Assembly: GCA_003284375.1 (NCBI GenBank)
Contig: QBVL01000002.1
Location: forward strand, 32,821 to 96,820
Source: Prochlorococcus sp. AG-311-J23
Lineage (GTDB): Bacteria > Cyanobacteriota > Cyanobacteriia > PCC-6307 > Cyanobiaceae
Direction: 5' to 3'
Length of the DNA: 64,000 nucleotides
Under the pieces are notes generated by a model that worked only from the letters and a program-made list of their open reading frames with translations, did not search any database and had not been told where the DNA came from. Positions 10,244-20,822 of this stretch are shown one piece after another; position 1 is the stretch's first letter, and each line of letters begins with the position of its first letter. The translations under genes were made by a program, and so were the position numbers.

Positions 10244-11382
10244 TTGTTTTTAAGAACGTCGACAAGTCTTTCGAAGGCCTGAACTGGAGTATTTCGTCTG
10301 ATCACTATTCTGAGCCTCGATTTACCTTCCGGGACAGTTGGTGGTCGTATCGCAACAGTTAGAAGGCCTTGTGCCTCAAGTCTTTCTTGATAATCCATGG
10401 CTAATCTGTCTGAACCAAGAATTATAGAGATTATTGGGCCTTTCCCAGCAGGTCGTTGCCAACCAACTTGAGATAATCTGTCTCTTAACTCTATTGATTT
10501 CTCTATCAGCTCGCCACCCCAGCAAGGGTTGCTTTCAATTAGATTTAATGCAGCGAAAGCACTTGCACAGAGTGGAGGAGCTAATGCAGTGGTATAGCGA
10601 AATGCCCCACAGTTTTGTATGAGATTTTCTCCTGTAATTTTATCTGTTGCTAGAAATGCTCCTCCACTTCCAAACGCTTTACCGAAAGTCCCACTGATAA
10701 TTGAAATTGGTTCTTTGAGTCCAAATGACTCACCTCTTCCTTCTGAACCCATGACGCCAAACGCGTGAGCTTCATCTATCAATAACTTTGAATCGTATTC
10801 AATGCATAGCTTTGAAATTTCTTTTATGGGAGCTGTTGTACCCTCCATGCTAAAAATGCTTTCAGTAATTACTAAAGGTTTTTTGCGAGGATTGTTTTGT
10901 TTGGATTTTTTTAAAAGCTTTTCTAGTTCAGATAAATTGTTGTGTTTGAATCTAAAGAGCTTTGCTCCACTCGCTTTGACTCCAACAAGTAGAGAATGGT
11001 GTATCAGACGATCACAAATAATAGGAGTATGACGATCAGCAAGTGCTAAAACTGCAGCTAGATTCGCCTGGAAACCACTCGGGTATAGCAGTACAATCTC
11101 ACGATTAAGCCATTCTCCAAGCTTCGTTTCAAGTTTTTGATGAATAGTTCTACTGCCGGTAATAAATCTCGATCCTCCAGAACCAACTCCATCAGTTTCT
11201 AAGGTGTGTATGGCTGCCTCAATTAACAATGGATGTCTTGCTAGATCCAGATAGTCATTACTTGCTAGGTCAATTAGTGTGATTTGATTTTTATTTTCAT
11301 CTTCACCAATCAATTCTGATGATCTTTTTCCTGGAACCCAAGTCCTCAGTTTACGAATTCTAGAATTAGGGATTTCAGGCAT
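10240..11382 (-). CDS. bioF: 8-amino-7-oxononanoate synthase
   Basis: ASNDYLDL, GSGGSR, DEAHAFG, GTFGKAFG, IRPPTVP. Confidence 0.95.
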   Translation of the reverse strand: MPEIPNSRIRKLRTWVPGKRSSELIGEDENKNQITLIDLASNDYLDLARHPLLIEAAIHTLETDGVGSGGSRFITGSRTIHQKLETKLGEWLNREIVLLYPSGFQANLAAVLALADRHTPIICDRLIHHSLLVGVKASGAKLFRFKHNNLSELEKLLKKSKQNNPRKKPLVITESIFSMEGTTAPIKEISKLCIEYDSKLLIDEAHAFGVMGSEGRGESFGLKEPISIISGTFGKAFGSGGAFLATDKITGENLIQNCGAFRYTTALAPPLCASAFAALNLIESNPCWGGELIEKSIELRDRLSQVGWQRPAGKGPIISIILGSDRLAMDYQERLEAQGLLTVAIRPPTVPEGKSRLRIVIRRNTPVQAFERLVDVLKNK

Positions 11383-11511
11383 ATTTTTATTTTGTCCTCT
11401 GGGGTTGAAGATTTGGGTGTTGGCTTAACATTTTTTCTTGAGTTTCTTGATTTCATTACTTATCCACGTCAAAAATTATGTGGTCATAGAATATTCGTCT
11501 AAGGTTTAGTA

Positions 11512-14289
11512 ATGGCTTCTTCAGCAAGAGATACGTCTGAAAACGAAATCCTCCAAAACAATTTAAATCCAGAGGAGATTTTTCCTTTTGCATTGGATGA
11601 ATTTCAATTGAAAGCAATTGATTCACTCAATCAAGGACACTCTGTAGTTGTAAGTGCTCCCACAGGATCAGGAAAAACACTTATTGGTGAGTATGCAATT
11701 CATAGAGCAATTTCTCACGGAAGTAAGGTGTTTTATACAACGCCCTTAAAGGCTTTATCCAACCAAAAGCTAAGAGACTTTAGAAATCAATTTGGTTCAA
11801 ACAATGTGGGTCTTTTAACAGGTGATTTAAGCCTGAATAGAGAGGCTTCGATTCTTGTTATGACTACTGAAATTTTTAGAAATATGCTTTATGCAGCAGC
11901 AGATAGAAATGATGACCCCCTACTTGATATAGAAACTGTTGTTCTTGATGAATGTCATTATATGAATGATGCTCATAGAGGCACAGTGTGGGAGGAATCA
12001 ATTATACATTGTCCTAAATCAGTTCAGTTCGTTGCGCTATCTGCAACCGTTGCCAATGCAGGGCAATTAACTGATTGGATTGAGCAAGTTCATGGGCCTA
12101 CAGATTTGATATCTAGTGATTTAAGACCAGTTCCTCTGGAATTCAATTTTTGTAGTGCCAAAGGACTTCATCCATTACTCAATGATAAAGGAAATGGATT
12201 ACATCCAAACTGTAAAATTTGGCGCCCATCAAAATCACATAAGAAGAGAGGACGTTTATCCAAGCCTTCTCAACCTGAATCTCCTTCACTGGGCTTTGTT
12301 ATCTCGAAGTTGGCAGAAAGAAATATGTTACCCGCTATTTATTTCATATTTAGTCGTCGTGGTTGTGACAAGGCTGTGAAAACAATAGCTAACACTTGTT
12401 TGGTGAACCAAGAAGAAAGAAAATTAATTCAAGATCGATTTGAAAAATATATAATTTTAAATTCAGAAGGTTTGAGAGATGATTTACATATAAAAGCTTT
12501 ATTTAATGGGATTGCATCTCATCATGCAGGAGTTCTTCCTGCCTGGAAGGAGTTGATAGAGGAATTATTTCAAGAAGGATTGATAAAGGTTGTTTTTGCA
12601 ACTGAAACCTTAGCTGCAGGAATCAATATGCCGGCTAGGAGCACAATTATATCTACGTTGTCGAAAAGATCAGATAATGGACATCGTCAATTAATGGGTA
12701 GTGAATTCTTACAAATGGCTGGTAGGGCTGGAAGAAGAGGGCTTGACTCCAGAGGCTATGTGGTCACTTTACAAACTCGATTCGAAGGGGTTCGAGAAGC
12801 TGGTCAATTAGCCACAAGTCCAGCCGATCCACTGATTAGTCAATTCACACCCAGCTATGGCATGGTGCTGAATCTATTACAGCGTTATGACTTAGATAAA
12901 TCAAAAGAATTGATAGAGAGAAGCTTTAGTAGATACTTGGCGAGCTTGGATTTAGTTGAAGAAGAAGAGGAGTTATCAAGATTAAAAGAGGAGCTTAAAC
13001 AGTATAAAACTTTTTCAGAAGACATACCATGGTCCGATTTTGAAAGATATGAGAAAATAAAAAGTCATCTCAAGGAAGAAAGAAGACTATTAAAAATTCT
13101 CCAAAAACAATCAGCAGAAACCTTATCTAATGAATTGATCTTAGCCTTAGAATTTGCAAATAATGGAACTCTCATAAGTCTGAAGACATCACAATTCCGA
13201 GGTAAAGTTACACCTGCAGTCATTATTCAAAAAATACAAAAAGGAGATAGACAAGCTCAATTGTTATGCTTAACAGATGAAAATATTTGGATACTTATTG
13301 CTTGCAAGGAAGTTGTTAGTCTTTATGCTGATTTGACTTGTCTAGACGTGTCATGTCTTACGACTCCTGAAATTAGTAGACTAGGTGAAATACATCATGG
13401 TGATTTACTAAGCAATGAAATAGCTCTGATAATCTCAAACTTGGCTCAGAAAAATGATATGAGAACAGCTCAGTATGATCTTGCTAGTGAAGTTTTATCT
13501 CAAGCTAAATTAGTTCAATCTCTGGATGATGAATTATTGATTCAGCCAGCTCATCGATGGGGGGATAAGAAAAAATTAAAGAAACATAGACGCAAAATGG
13601 ACGAACTGGGTATTGAAATACATGAACGCGAGGAGATGCTTTACGACAGGTCAAATTGTCACTGGGAAACTTTCTTATCGCTAATTAAAGTACTAAATCA
13701 CTTCGGATGCTTGGACGATTTAAACCCTACAGAGATTGGCAGGAGTATTGGATCCTTTAGAGGTGAAAATGAGTTATGGCTGGGCTTGGCTTTGATGAGT
13801 GGACATTTTGATGAACTAACACCAACAGAATTAGCTGGAGTTGTTCAGTCAATTGCGACAGAGGTCAATCGCCCTGATCTATGGTCTGGATTTATTCCAA
13901 GTGCAGTTGCGGACGAAGCATTCAATGATTTATCAAATATTCGAAGAGAATTATTTAGAGTTCAAGAACGATTTGGTATAGAAATCCCAATCTTATGGAG
14001 TTCAGAGTTAATGGGCTTAGTAGAAGCATGGGCGAGAGGTAGTACTTGGACTGATCTAATTTCAAATACATCGTTAGATGAAGGAGATGTTGTAAGAATT
14101 CTAAGAAGGACAAATGATTTACTTTCACAGATTCCCTATTGCGAGGCTGTGAGTAGACAACTTAGAAATAATGCTAAGGCAGCGATGAAACTAATGGATA
14201 GATTTCCAGTCTGTGAAGCTGAAGATATCAATCAAGCAAAAGAATTAAATCATGAACTTACCAATCCAGCGACTGAAAGACATAATTGA
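11512..14289 (+). CDS. Ski2-like DEAD/DEAH RNA helicase (HelY family, DSHCT C-terminus)
   Basis: APTGSGKT, DECH, LSAT, FATETLAAGINMPA, QMAGRAGRRG, DEGDVVR. Confidence 0.92.
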   Translation: MASSARDTSENEILQNNLNPEEIFPFALDEFQLKAIDSLNQGHSVVVSAPTGSGKTLIGEYAIHRAISHGSKVFYTTPLKALSNQKLRDFRNQFGSNNVGLLTGDLSLNREASILVMTTEIFRNMLYAAADRNDDPLLDIETVVLDECHYMNDAHRGTVWEESIIHCPKSVQFVALSATVANAGQLTDWIEQVHGPTDLISSDLRPVPLEFNFCSAKGLHPLLNDKGNGLHPNCKIWRPSKSHKKRGRLSKPSQPESPSLGFVISKLAERNMLPAIYFIFSRRGCDKAVKTIANTCLVNQEERKLIQDRFEKYIILNSEGLRDDLHIKALFNGIASHHAGVLPAWKELIEELFQEGLIKVVFATETLAAGINMPARSTIISTLSKRSDNGHRQLMGSEFLQMAGRAGRRGLDSRGYVVTLQTRFEGVREAGQLATSPADPLISQFTPSYGMVLNLLQRYDLDKSKELIERSFSRYLASLDLVEEEEELSRLKEELKQYKTFSEDIPWSDFERYEKIKSHLKEERRLLKILQKQSAETLSNELILALEFANNGTLISLKTSQFRGKVTPAVIIQKIQKGDRQAQLLCLTDENIWILIACKEVVSLYADLTCLDVSCLTTPEISRLGEIHHGDLLSNEIALIISNLAQKNDMRTAQYDLASEVLSQAKLVQSLDDELLIQPAHRWGDKKKLKKHRRKMDELGIEIHEREEMLYDRSNCHWETFLSLIKVLNHFGCLDDLNPTEIGRSIGSFRGENELWLGLALMSGHFDELTPTELAGVVQSIATEVNRPDLWSGFIPSAVADEAFNDLSNIRRELFRVQERFGIEIPILWSSELMGLVEAWARGSTWTDLISNTSLDEGDVVRILRRTNDLLSQIPYCEAVSRQLRNNAKAAMKLMDRFPVCEAEDINQAKELNHELTNPATERHN

Positions 14290-14305
14290 GGTGAGTAATC
14301 TTTTT

Positions 14306-15700
14306 TTAGTCACTTCCAATCATAGATTTTGGGCTAATGAGATTATCGAATTCTTCTTGATCAAGATAATTTAATTGGCTGGAAGCTTGTCTAAGACTTA
14401 GATTCTTTTCATGGGCTAATTGGGCTATTTTACTTGCTTTTTCATATCCTATTGATGGAGATAAGGCGGTTACCAACATCAAAGAATTATCTAGATATTG
14501 TTTGATTTTTGTTTTGTTAGGTTGAATACCTTCAATCATATTCTCTCTGCAACTCCTACATGCATTTTGAATAAGGTTGATGCTTTTTATAATATTGTAG
14601 CCAATAAGTGGTTTATAGACATTCATTTGTAGATGTCCTCCACTTCCTGCAATCGATACTGAGGTGTCCATGCCAATTATTTGAGTGCATACCATCGCCA
14701 TGGCTTCGCATTGAGTAGGATTTATTTTTCCTGGCATTATTGAGCTGCCAGGTTCATTGGCTGGAAGCTGTAATTCTGATAATCCAGCTCTCGGTCCACA
14801 AGATAAAAGTCGAAGATCATTAACAATTTTTAGAAAAGTGACGGCTAGTAATTTTAGTTGAGACATCATATTTACAAGACCATCATGACTAGCCATGATG
14901 GCAAATTTATTAGTTGCAGTTTCAAAAGGTAAATTTGTTTTTTTAGCTATGTCAAGCGCAATTAAAGTATCGAAATTCTTAGGAGTATTAAGCCCTGTAC
15001 CAATAGCGGTTCCTCCAAGTGGAAGTGAATAAAGTTCCTCGATATTGATTTCAATGCGTCTTAAAGCAGTTTCTAATTGAGCAGCCCAAGCAGAGACTTC
15101 TTGTCCAAGAGTTAGAGGTACAGCATCTTGAAGATGAGTACGTCCTATTTTTATAATATCTTTCCATTCTTTACTTTTTTGATGTAATACATCAATGAGT
15201 TTTTTTAATTCAGGAATTAATGTGTCTTTTAAGGTGACTATTGTGGATAATTGGATTGCCGCTGGGAAAACATCGTTTGTTGATTGAGAGCAATTGACAT
15301 GATCATTGGGATGTATTGGATCATGACTACCTAAGGGATTATTTAAACGTTTTGAAGCTATATTACAAATCACCTCATTGACGTTCATATTTGTTTGAGT
15401 ACCACTTCCTGTTTGCCAAACTTTCACAGGGAATTGATCGTTATGTTTCCCCTCAATAATTTCTAAACTTGCTTCGGTAATAAATTGTGTGGTTTTTGTA
15501 TTTATAAGACCTAGATGATTATTCACTTGAGCAGCAGAGGCTTTTATTTGAGCAATTGCATGAATAATCTCGAGTGGTATAACCTCATCACCAATAGCGA
15601 AATTTAATATTGATCGTTGCGTTTGAGCTCCCCATAGCGCATCCTTTGGAACATCAATCGAACCTAAGCTATCTTTCTCAAGTCGTTTCATATTGGACAT
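14306..15700 (-). CDS. fumC: Fumarate hydratase class II
   Basis: WGAQTQRS, QTGSGT, GSSIMPGKINP signature. Confidence 0.97.
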   Translation of the reverse strand: MSNMKRLEKDSLGSIDVPKDALWGAQTQRSILNFAIGDEVIPLEIIHAIAQIKASAAQVNNHLGLINTKTTQFITEASLEIIEGKHNDQFPVKVWQTGSGTQTNMNVNEVICNIASKRLNNPLGSHDPIHPNDHVNCSQSTNDVFPAAIQLSTIVTLKDTLIPELKKLIDVLHQKSKEWKDIIKIGRTHLQDAVPLTLGQEVSAWAAQLETALRRIEINIEELYSLPLGGTAIGTGLNTPKNFDTLIALDIAKKTNLPFETATNKFAIMASHDGLVNMMSQLKLLAVTFLKIVNDLRLLSCGPRAGLSELQLPANEPGSSIMPGKINPTQCEAMAMVCTQIIGMDTSVSIAGSGGHLQMNVYKPLIGYNIIKSINLIQNACRSCRENMIEGIQPNKTKIKQYLDNSLMLVTALSPSIGYEKASKIAQLAHEKNLSLRQASSQLNYLDQEEFDNLISPKSMIGSD

Positions 15701-15740
15701 TGTTCTTGGTTTGAGGATTTTTAAGTTTCCTAGTTTCCCT

Positions 15741-15795
15741 ATGGAATATAACTAGATTTAACTATGGATCTTAGTTGAATCTAGTTCTATTCCAT
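15741..15795. other. Long intergenic inverted repeat (about 24-bp stem) between purB and fumC
   Basis: ATGGAATATAACTAGATTTAACTA-tggatct-TAGTTGAATCTAGTTCTATTCCAT. Confidence 0.75.
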
Positions 15796-15839
15796 TTTTA
15801 GAGTGTATTCACTGAAATTAATTGATTCAGCTTTTATAG

Positions 15840-17135
15840 TTAAATACCAAGTCTTTCCCAAATAACTTTCAAATGGGACTGATGTAATTCGGTTGAAAAA
15901 CAGTCTGAAAGTTTTTCTGTTGAGAGACTATTCATTACTTCTGGATCATTCTCAAGGTTTTTTTTGAAATTTCCTTCGTTTTGATTCCAGGCTGAATGAG
16001 CATTTTTTTGTACTAGTCGATAAGAATCTTCCCGACTCATTCCATTCTCAACTAAAGCTAAAAGAACTCTTTGACTAAAAACTACTCCTCCATAGATGTT
16101 CAAATTCTTCAGCATATTATCTGGATAAACTCCTAGACCTTTAATAATTGCGGTCATTTCTGTAATCATAAAATGTAGAGTAATGGATGTGTCAGGCAGC
16201 ATTAATCTTTCATTGGAGCTGTGGCTTATGTCTCTCTCATGCCATAAAGCTACATTTTCAAGAGCTGCAACGACATAACTTCTTAAAACTCTGGAAAGAC
16301 CACTTACTCTTTCACTTCGTATGGGATTTCTTTTATGAGGCATTGCAGAGCTTCCTTTTTGGCCCTTAGCAAAGTTTTCCTCTACTTCAAGAACATCAGT
16401 TCTTTGAAGGTTTCTAATTTCTGTAGAAAAACGATCTAAGGAAGATCCGATTAAAGCAAGAATCTGTACATAATTGGCATGTCTATCTCTTGAGATGACT
16501 TGAGTGCTAGCAGTATCACACTCCAGCCCCAAAAGTTCGCAAGTGATGCTTTCTATTTCTGGATCAGTATTAGCGTAAGTACCCATGGCCCCGCTCACTT
16601 GCCCAACCGATATGTCTTTCTCAAGACTGTTTAGCCTTTCTTTGTTTCTGAGAGTTTCAGCTAGCCATCCCGCCAACTTGAATCCAAAAGTAATAGGTTC
16701 ACCATGAATCGCATGAGAACGTCCAATCATTACGGTTTTCTTATGTTGCCTTGCTAAATCTCTAATAGCCTCTTCAAGTAATAAAAGCTCTTTTCTTAAA
16801 AGCTTGACTGATGACTTTAATTGAAGTGCAAGTCCAGTATCAAGAACATCACTACTGGTCATTCCAACGTGAATGTAACGGCCAGCATCACCAACATATT
16901 CATTTACATTTGTTAGAAAGGCAATCACGTCATGTCGAACTTCCTCTTCTATTTCGAGGATGCGCTCTGGTTTGAAACTTGCCTTTGTTCGAATTGTTTC
17001 CATCGCACTTTTGGGGATTTTCCCTAATTTGCAATTAGCCTCACATGCGGCAATTTCAACATCAAGCCATGTTTGGTATTTGGCTTGATCAGACCAAATA
17101 TTTCCCATCTCTGGGTTTGTGTAACGCTCAATCAA
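15840..17135 (-). CDS. purB: Adenylosuccinate lyase
   Basis: MIERY, RHDVIAF, GSSAMPHKRNP signature. Confidence 0.97.
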   Translation of the reverse strand: MIERYTNPEMGNIWSDQAKYQTWLDVEIAACEANCKLGKIPKSAMETIRTKASFKPERILEIEEEVRHDVIAFLTNVNEYVGDAGRYIHVGMTSSDVLDTGLALQLKSSVKLLRKELLLLEEAIRDLARQHKKTVMIGRSHAIHGEPITFGFKLAGWLAETLRNKERLNSLEKDISVGQVSGAMGTYANTDPEIESITCELLGLECDTASTQVISRDRHANYVQILALIGSSLDRFSTEIRNLQRTDVLEVEENFAKGQKGSSAMPHKRNPIRSERVSGLSRVLRSYVVAALENVALWHERDISHSSNERLMLPDTSITLHFMITEMTAIIKGLGVYPDNMLKNLNIYGGVVFSQRVLLALVENGMSREDSYRLVQKNAHSAWNQNEGNFKKNLENDPEVMNSLSTEKLSDCFSTELHQSHLKVIWERLGI

Positions 17136-17179
17136 AGTGCTACAAAATTAAAGGTTGCTATTAATTTAGATCCTCAAGG

Positions 17180-17440
17180 TCAAGCTGACTTGAGTCTATT
17201 GTGTTCAACTTCCCAATGAACATATCTTCCCCAAGCTTGCTGTCTTACCCTGCATCTTCCTCCTTTGCAATCAATTACTTGAAAGGGAGGCAAATCATTT
17301 GGTTGATTTGCAAATATTGCAAAACTTCCTGGAGGTAGAAGTTCAAGCACTTCTCCAGTTTGTTTTTTTGAGGTTAGATGAAAATGACCATGGATAGATA
17401 GCTCATTTTCATTGGTTGGATACCTGAGCTTTTTAGACAA
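17180..17440 (-). CDS. Conserved hypothetical protein
   Basis: LPPFQVIDCKGGRCRVRQQAWG motif recalled from marine picocyanobacteria; start uncertain. Confidence 0.65.
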   Translation of the reverse strand: MSKKLRYPTNENELSIHGHFHLTSKKQTGEVLELLPPGSFAIFANQPNDLPPFQVIDCKGGRCRVRQQAWGRYVHWEVEHNRLKSA

Positions 17441-17535
17441 AACCTTTTGTCAGTTGAGTAGATTCTCTCTTGAAAAAGAGGATAAGCACGAGTTCTGCGG
17501 TTTTTGTTCCGTTTCCTGTTTGTTTTTGTGAACAA

Positions 17536-18336
17536 ATGACTAAAAAATCGCGTTTAGATCTTCACTTGCTGACTAAAGGGTTTGTGAAAACACGTCAAGA
17601 GGCTCAGAAGCTTATCAGAGCTGGCAAAGTTAGAACAATCAACGGTCAGATTCTTGATAAACCAGGCCAAGAAGTTTTAAAAGATCTTGAGATAGAAGTT
17701 ACGCAGCCCTTGAAATATGTATCTAGAGGGGGTGAAAAGTTGGCTGAAGCTTTTAATCAATTCCCTCTAGATATTAAGAATAGGGTTTGTTTAGATGCTG
17801 GTATTTCAACTGGTGGGTTTACAGATTGTCTTTTGCAGAACGGAGCGGCAAGGGTTTATGGAGTAGATGTTGGGTATGGCCAGACGGCATGGAGTATAAG
17901 AAATGATCCAAGAGTGGTTCTTTTAGAGCGTACAAATATTAGGCATTTAACTCCTGAAAAATTATTCAATGATGGAGATCCAATACCAGACTTCGCAGTT
18001 GCAGACTTATCTTTTATCTCTCTTAAAATTGTTTTACCTAGTGTTAAATCTCTTCTTCAATCTAATCGATCTGAGTTGCTTGTATTAGTGAAACCTCAAT
18101 TTGAGGTTGGCAAAGACAAAGTGGGTAAAGGAGGGGTTGTTCGTGATCATTCACTACATGTGGAGGCTATAAAGGGCGTAGTAAACGAATCTAAAAAATA
18201 TGAATGGTACCCAAAAGGATTGATTGCATCGCCTTTAAAGGGTCCTGCTGGAAATCAAGAATATCTTCTTTGGATGGGTGATGAGGTTGGGGAAGATATT
18301 GGAATCGAAAAATTGTTGAATGTTTTATTCTTTTGA
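17536..18336 (+). CDS. tlyA: TlyA family rRNA 2'-O-methyltransferase (S4 + FtsJ domains)
   Basis: KSRLDLHL S4 domain, YVSRGGEKL, DAGISTGGFTD, LVKPQFE; ATG at 17536 preferred over TTG 17470. Confidence 0.92.
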   Translation: MTKKSRLDLHLLTKGFVKTRQEAQKLIRAGKVRTINGQILDKPGQEVLKDLEIEVTQPLKYVSRGGEKLAEAFNQFPLDIKNRVCLDAGISTGGFTDCLLQNGAARVYGVDVGYGQTAWSIRNDPRVVLLERTNIRHLTPEKLFNDGDPIPDFAVADLSFISLKIVLPSVKSLLQSNRSELLVLVKPQFEVGKDKVGKGGVVRDHSLHVEAIKGVVNESKKYEWYPKGLIASPLKGPAGNQEYLLWMGDEVGEDIGIEKLLNVLFF

Positions 18337-18346
18337 ATTTTTTGGT

Positions 18347-18691
<345 letters not shown>

Positions 18692-18724
18692 TTAGGTAAC
18701 TCCTCGGATCTTAGATAATTTTTT

Positions 18725-18952
18725 TTAGATTTTGTCTATTTGAGTAAGAGAATTTATGAAATTTACATTTAGACCAGCCTTTTGTGCATCTTGATCAAGC
18801 ATTTCTGCATCCTTGGTAGGAATTATCACAAGATCATTACTTATGGACTCCCAATGTTCAGATTCAAAATGAGTTTGTAGCCAAAGCATTCCATGCACAC
18901 TTTTTGGTTCTATTTGAGTTCCATTTCGTTTGTCAGAAAGACGGATGTCCAT
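18725..18952 (-). CDS. Conserved hypothetical protein upstream of glnB
   Basis: SVHGMLWLQTHFE motif; same strand as and 39 bp from glnB. Confidence 0.75.
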   Translation of the reverse strand: MDIRLSDKRNGTQIEPKSVHGMLWLQTHFESEHWESISNDLVIIPTKDAEMLDQDAQKAGLNVNFINSLTQIDKI

Positions 18953-18973
18953 GCAAAACCTTTATTTGTTTCT

Positions 18974-19016
18974 ATTAAAGGGGGACAGCCGTGATTGTTT
19001 TTGTGCTTGATGATAC
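18974..19016 (-). promoter_or_regulatory. Candidate NtcA-dependent promoter for the hypothetical-glnB unit
   Basis: Minus strand GTA-tcatcaag-CAC (19016-19003; one mismatch to GTA-N8-TAC), then 23 nt, then TTTAAT -10-like box. Confidence 0.45.
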
Positions 19017-19125
19017 GAAACAGCTTTTTGTTGTCATTCCGCTACTTTTGATTGGAAGAATTTATTTAAAGTTTCAATCTTTAATAAAGCTTTTCTGTAA
19101 TGTGATATTTAAATGCCAATAAAAT

Positions 19126-19548
19126 GTGATTAGACAAGAAAAAGACATCAATGAGAGAATTATGTATGGGGAGAGAGAAATAGAGGATGGGCGCTTAAAT
19201 TGTTTCCCAAATCCAAACACTAATAGAGATTATGAAATTTCAATAGAGTTCCCTGAATTCACATGTAAATGTCCTTTCTCGGGTTATCCTGATTTTGCAA
19301 CTTTGAGAATAAAATATCAACCAAATTCTATGGTTATAGAATTAAAAGCAATTAAACTTTACTTAAATAGCTTTCGAGAAAAGAAAATATCTCATGAAGA
19401 AGTTACGAATAAAATAATCGATGACTTTGTTAAAGTTTCTGATCCTAAGTGGATGCAATTAGAAGCTGATTTTAATCCTAGAGGTAATGTTCATACAATT
19501 ATTAGAGTATGTCATGGAAAAAGAAATAATTTAGAGCTAATTATCTAA
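19126..19548 (+). CDS. queF: NADPH-dependent 7-cyano-7-deazaguanine (preQ0) reductase
   Basis: PEFTCKCPFSGYPDFA, ELKAIKLYLNSFR, HEE, FNPRGN. Confidence 0.96.
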   Translation: MIRQEKDINERIMYGEREIEDGRLNCFPNPNTNRDYEISIEFPEFTCKCPFSGYPDFATLRIKYQPNSMVIELKAIKLYLNSFREKKISHEEVTNKIIDDFVKVSDPKWMQLEADFNPRGNVHTIIRVCHGKRNNLELII

Positions 19549-20817
19549 ATTATTAATTAAACTTGGCAATTCTTTTGAAAGACCAGATAGATTTCTGTTA
19601 CTTAATCCCCCTATATAAATCATAGAGTTTTCCTCTTCAAGTAAGACCCAGATTTTCTTAGTTGAAATAATACTAAGTGAACCACCAATAAGTATTATCG
19701 CAAAACTTGTGTATACAAGAGGTACTCCAGGATCATACTTTAACAGTAATCCACTACTTGGAATTATATTTAATATCTTTATTGTGGTTTCTTTGACTTC
19801 TACTTCCTTATTTATACTTAAGGTTGCAAGTAATGTACCATCATTGTCAAAAACACTTACTGGTCCCAGCTCACTGTCTACGGTTAATAATATTGGATTT
19901 TGACCATCTTTTTGTGTAGGTATAATTGTCCCCCATACTTGTTCGCCTAGGTCAGGAATAGCTTCTATTGGAATCTGTAATTTTGGACTATTATTTATTT
20001 GAATAGTTATTGCAGCTAAAGCCCATTCGGCTTGATATAATGTTAGGCCTTGGTATCTTAATGGATAATTAACACTAATTTCTTTTGATTTAATATTTCC
20101 ATTTGGCTCGATAATATTGACTTTAGATGTATACTGTTCAGTTCTTCCTTGAGGGTCTCTTTCAATTTTAAACTTTTGCAATTCAATAGTTAACCCTTTC
20201 TCTTCATTATTGTTTAATAAATCTATTGATCTGCCAGGGGCCAGAAATCTTTCTATGGTTTTCCCATTTAATGATCCGTATGTTGCTCCTATCATTAATA
20301 GGATCATGCCTAGATGGATTAATATAGGTCCTAACCTGCCAATTACTCCTTGGCGAGCAGCTATCCTTCCCTCTGTTTCTTTTACATTCCAACCTTGCTT
20401 CTTTAAATTAAGTTTAATCTTTTCTAAGCTCTCCGAGTGATTATGACTCACTATTGTTTGAGCAATAGAAAGTTTTGCTATTTGACGAGGGGATTTATAA
20501 TCTATCCAGTTTAATGCAGATTTAAGTATCGGTAATTGTCTTCTAAAACTACAAACTGCAAGAGCCAAACCAAGCCAAATTAGTAAGAATAAAAACCAAA
20601 AGCTTGTATAGACATGATTGAATTCAAGAAGTAGTAATATATTCCCATTAATTATTCCAAGAAAAGGATTTTTATTGAAATTATCGTAATAGAATTGATT
20701 TGATTCTTGTTGTGGTATTAAAGTCCCTGCGGCACATGAAATAGCTATTAATAATAATAGTAATATTGCAATCTTTAAGCTAGAAAGCCACTTTAAAACT
20801 TGGCTGATTTTTTTCAT
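19537..20817 (-). CDS. ccsB: Cytochrome c biogenesis protein Ccs1/CcsB (ResB family)
   Basis: GTLIPQ, HVYTSFWF, GPILIHLG, ISVNYPL, DPGVPLVY. Confidence 0.92.
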   Translation of the reverse strand: MKKISQVLKWLSSLKIAILLLLLIAISCAAGTLIPQQESNQFYYDNFNKNPFLGIINGNILLLLEFNHVYTSFWFLFLLIWLGLALAVCSFRRQLPILKSALNWIDYKSPRQIAKLSIAQTIVSHNHSESLEKIKLNLKKQGWNVKETEGRIAARQGVIGRLGPILIHLGMILLMIGATYGSLNGKTIERFLAPGRSIDLLNNNEEKGLTIELQKFKIERDPQGRTEQYTSKVNIIEPNGNIKSKEISVNYPLRYQGLTLYQAEWALAAITIQINNSPKLQIPIEAIPDLGEQVWGTIIPTQKDGQNPILLTVDSELGPVSVFDNDGTLLATLSINKEVEVKETTIKILNIIPSSGLLLKYDPGVPLVYTSFAIILIGGSLSIISTKKIWVLLEEENSMIYIGGLSNRNLSGLSKELPSLINNLDN

Positions 20818-20822
20818 CTATT

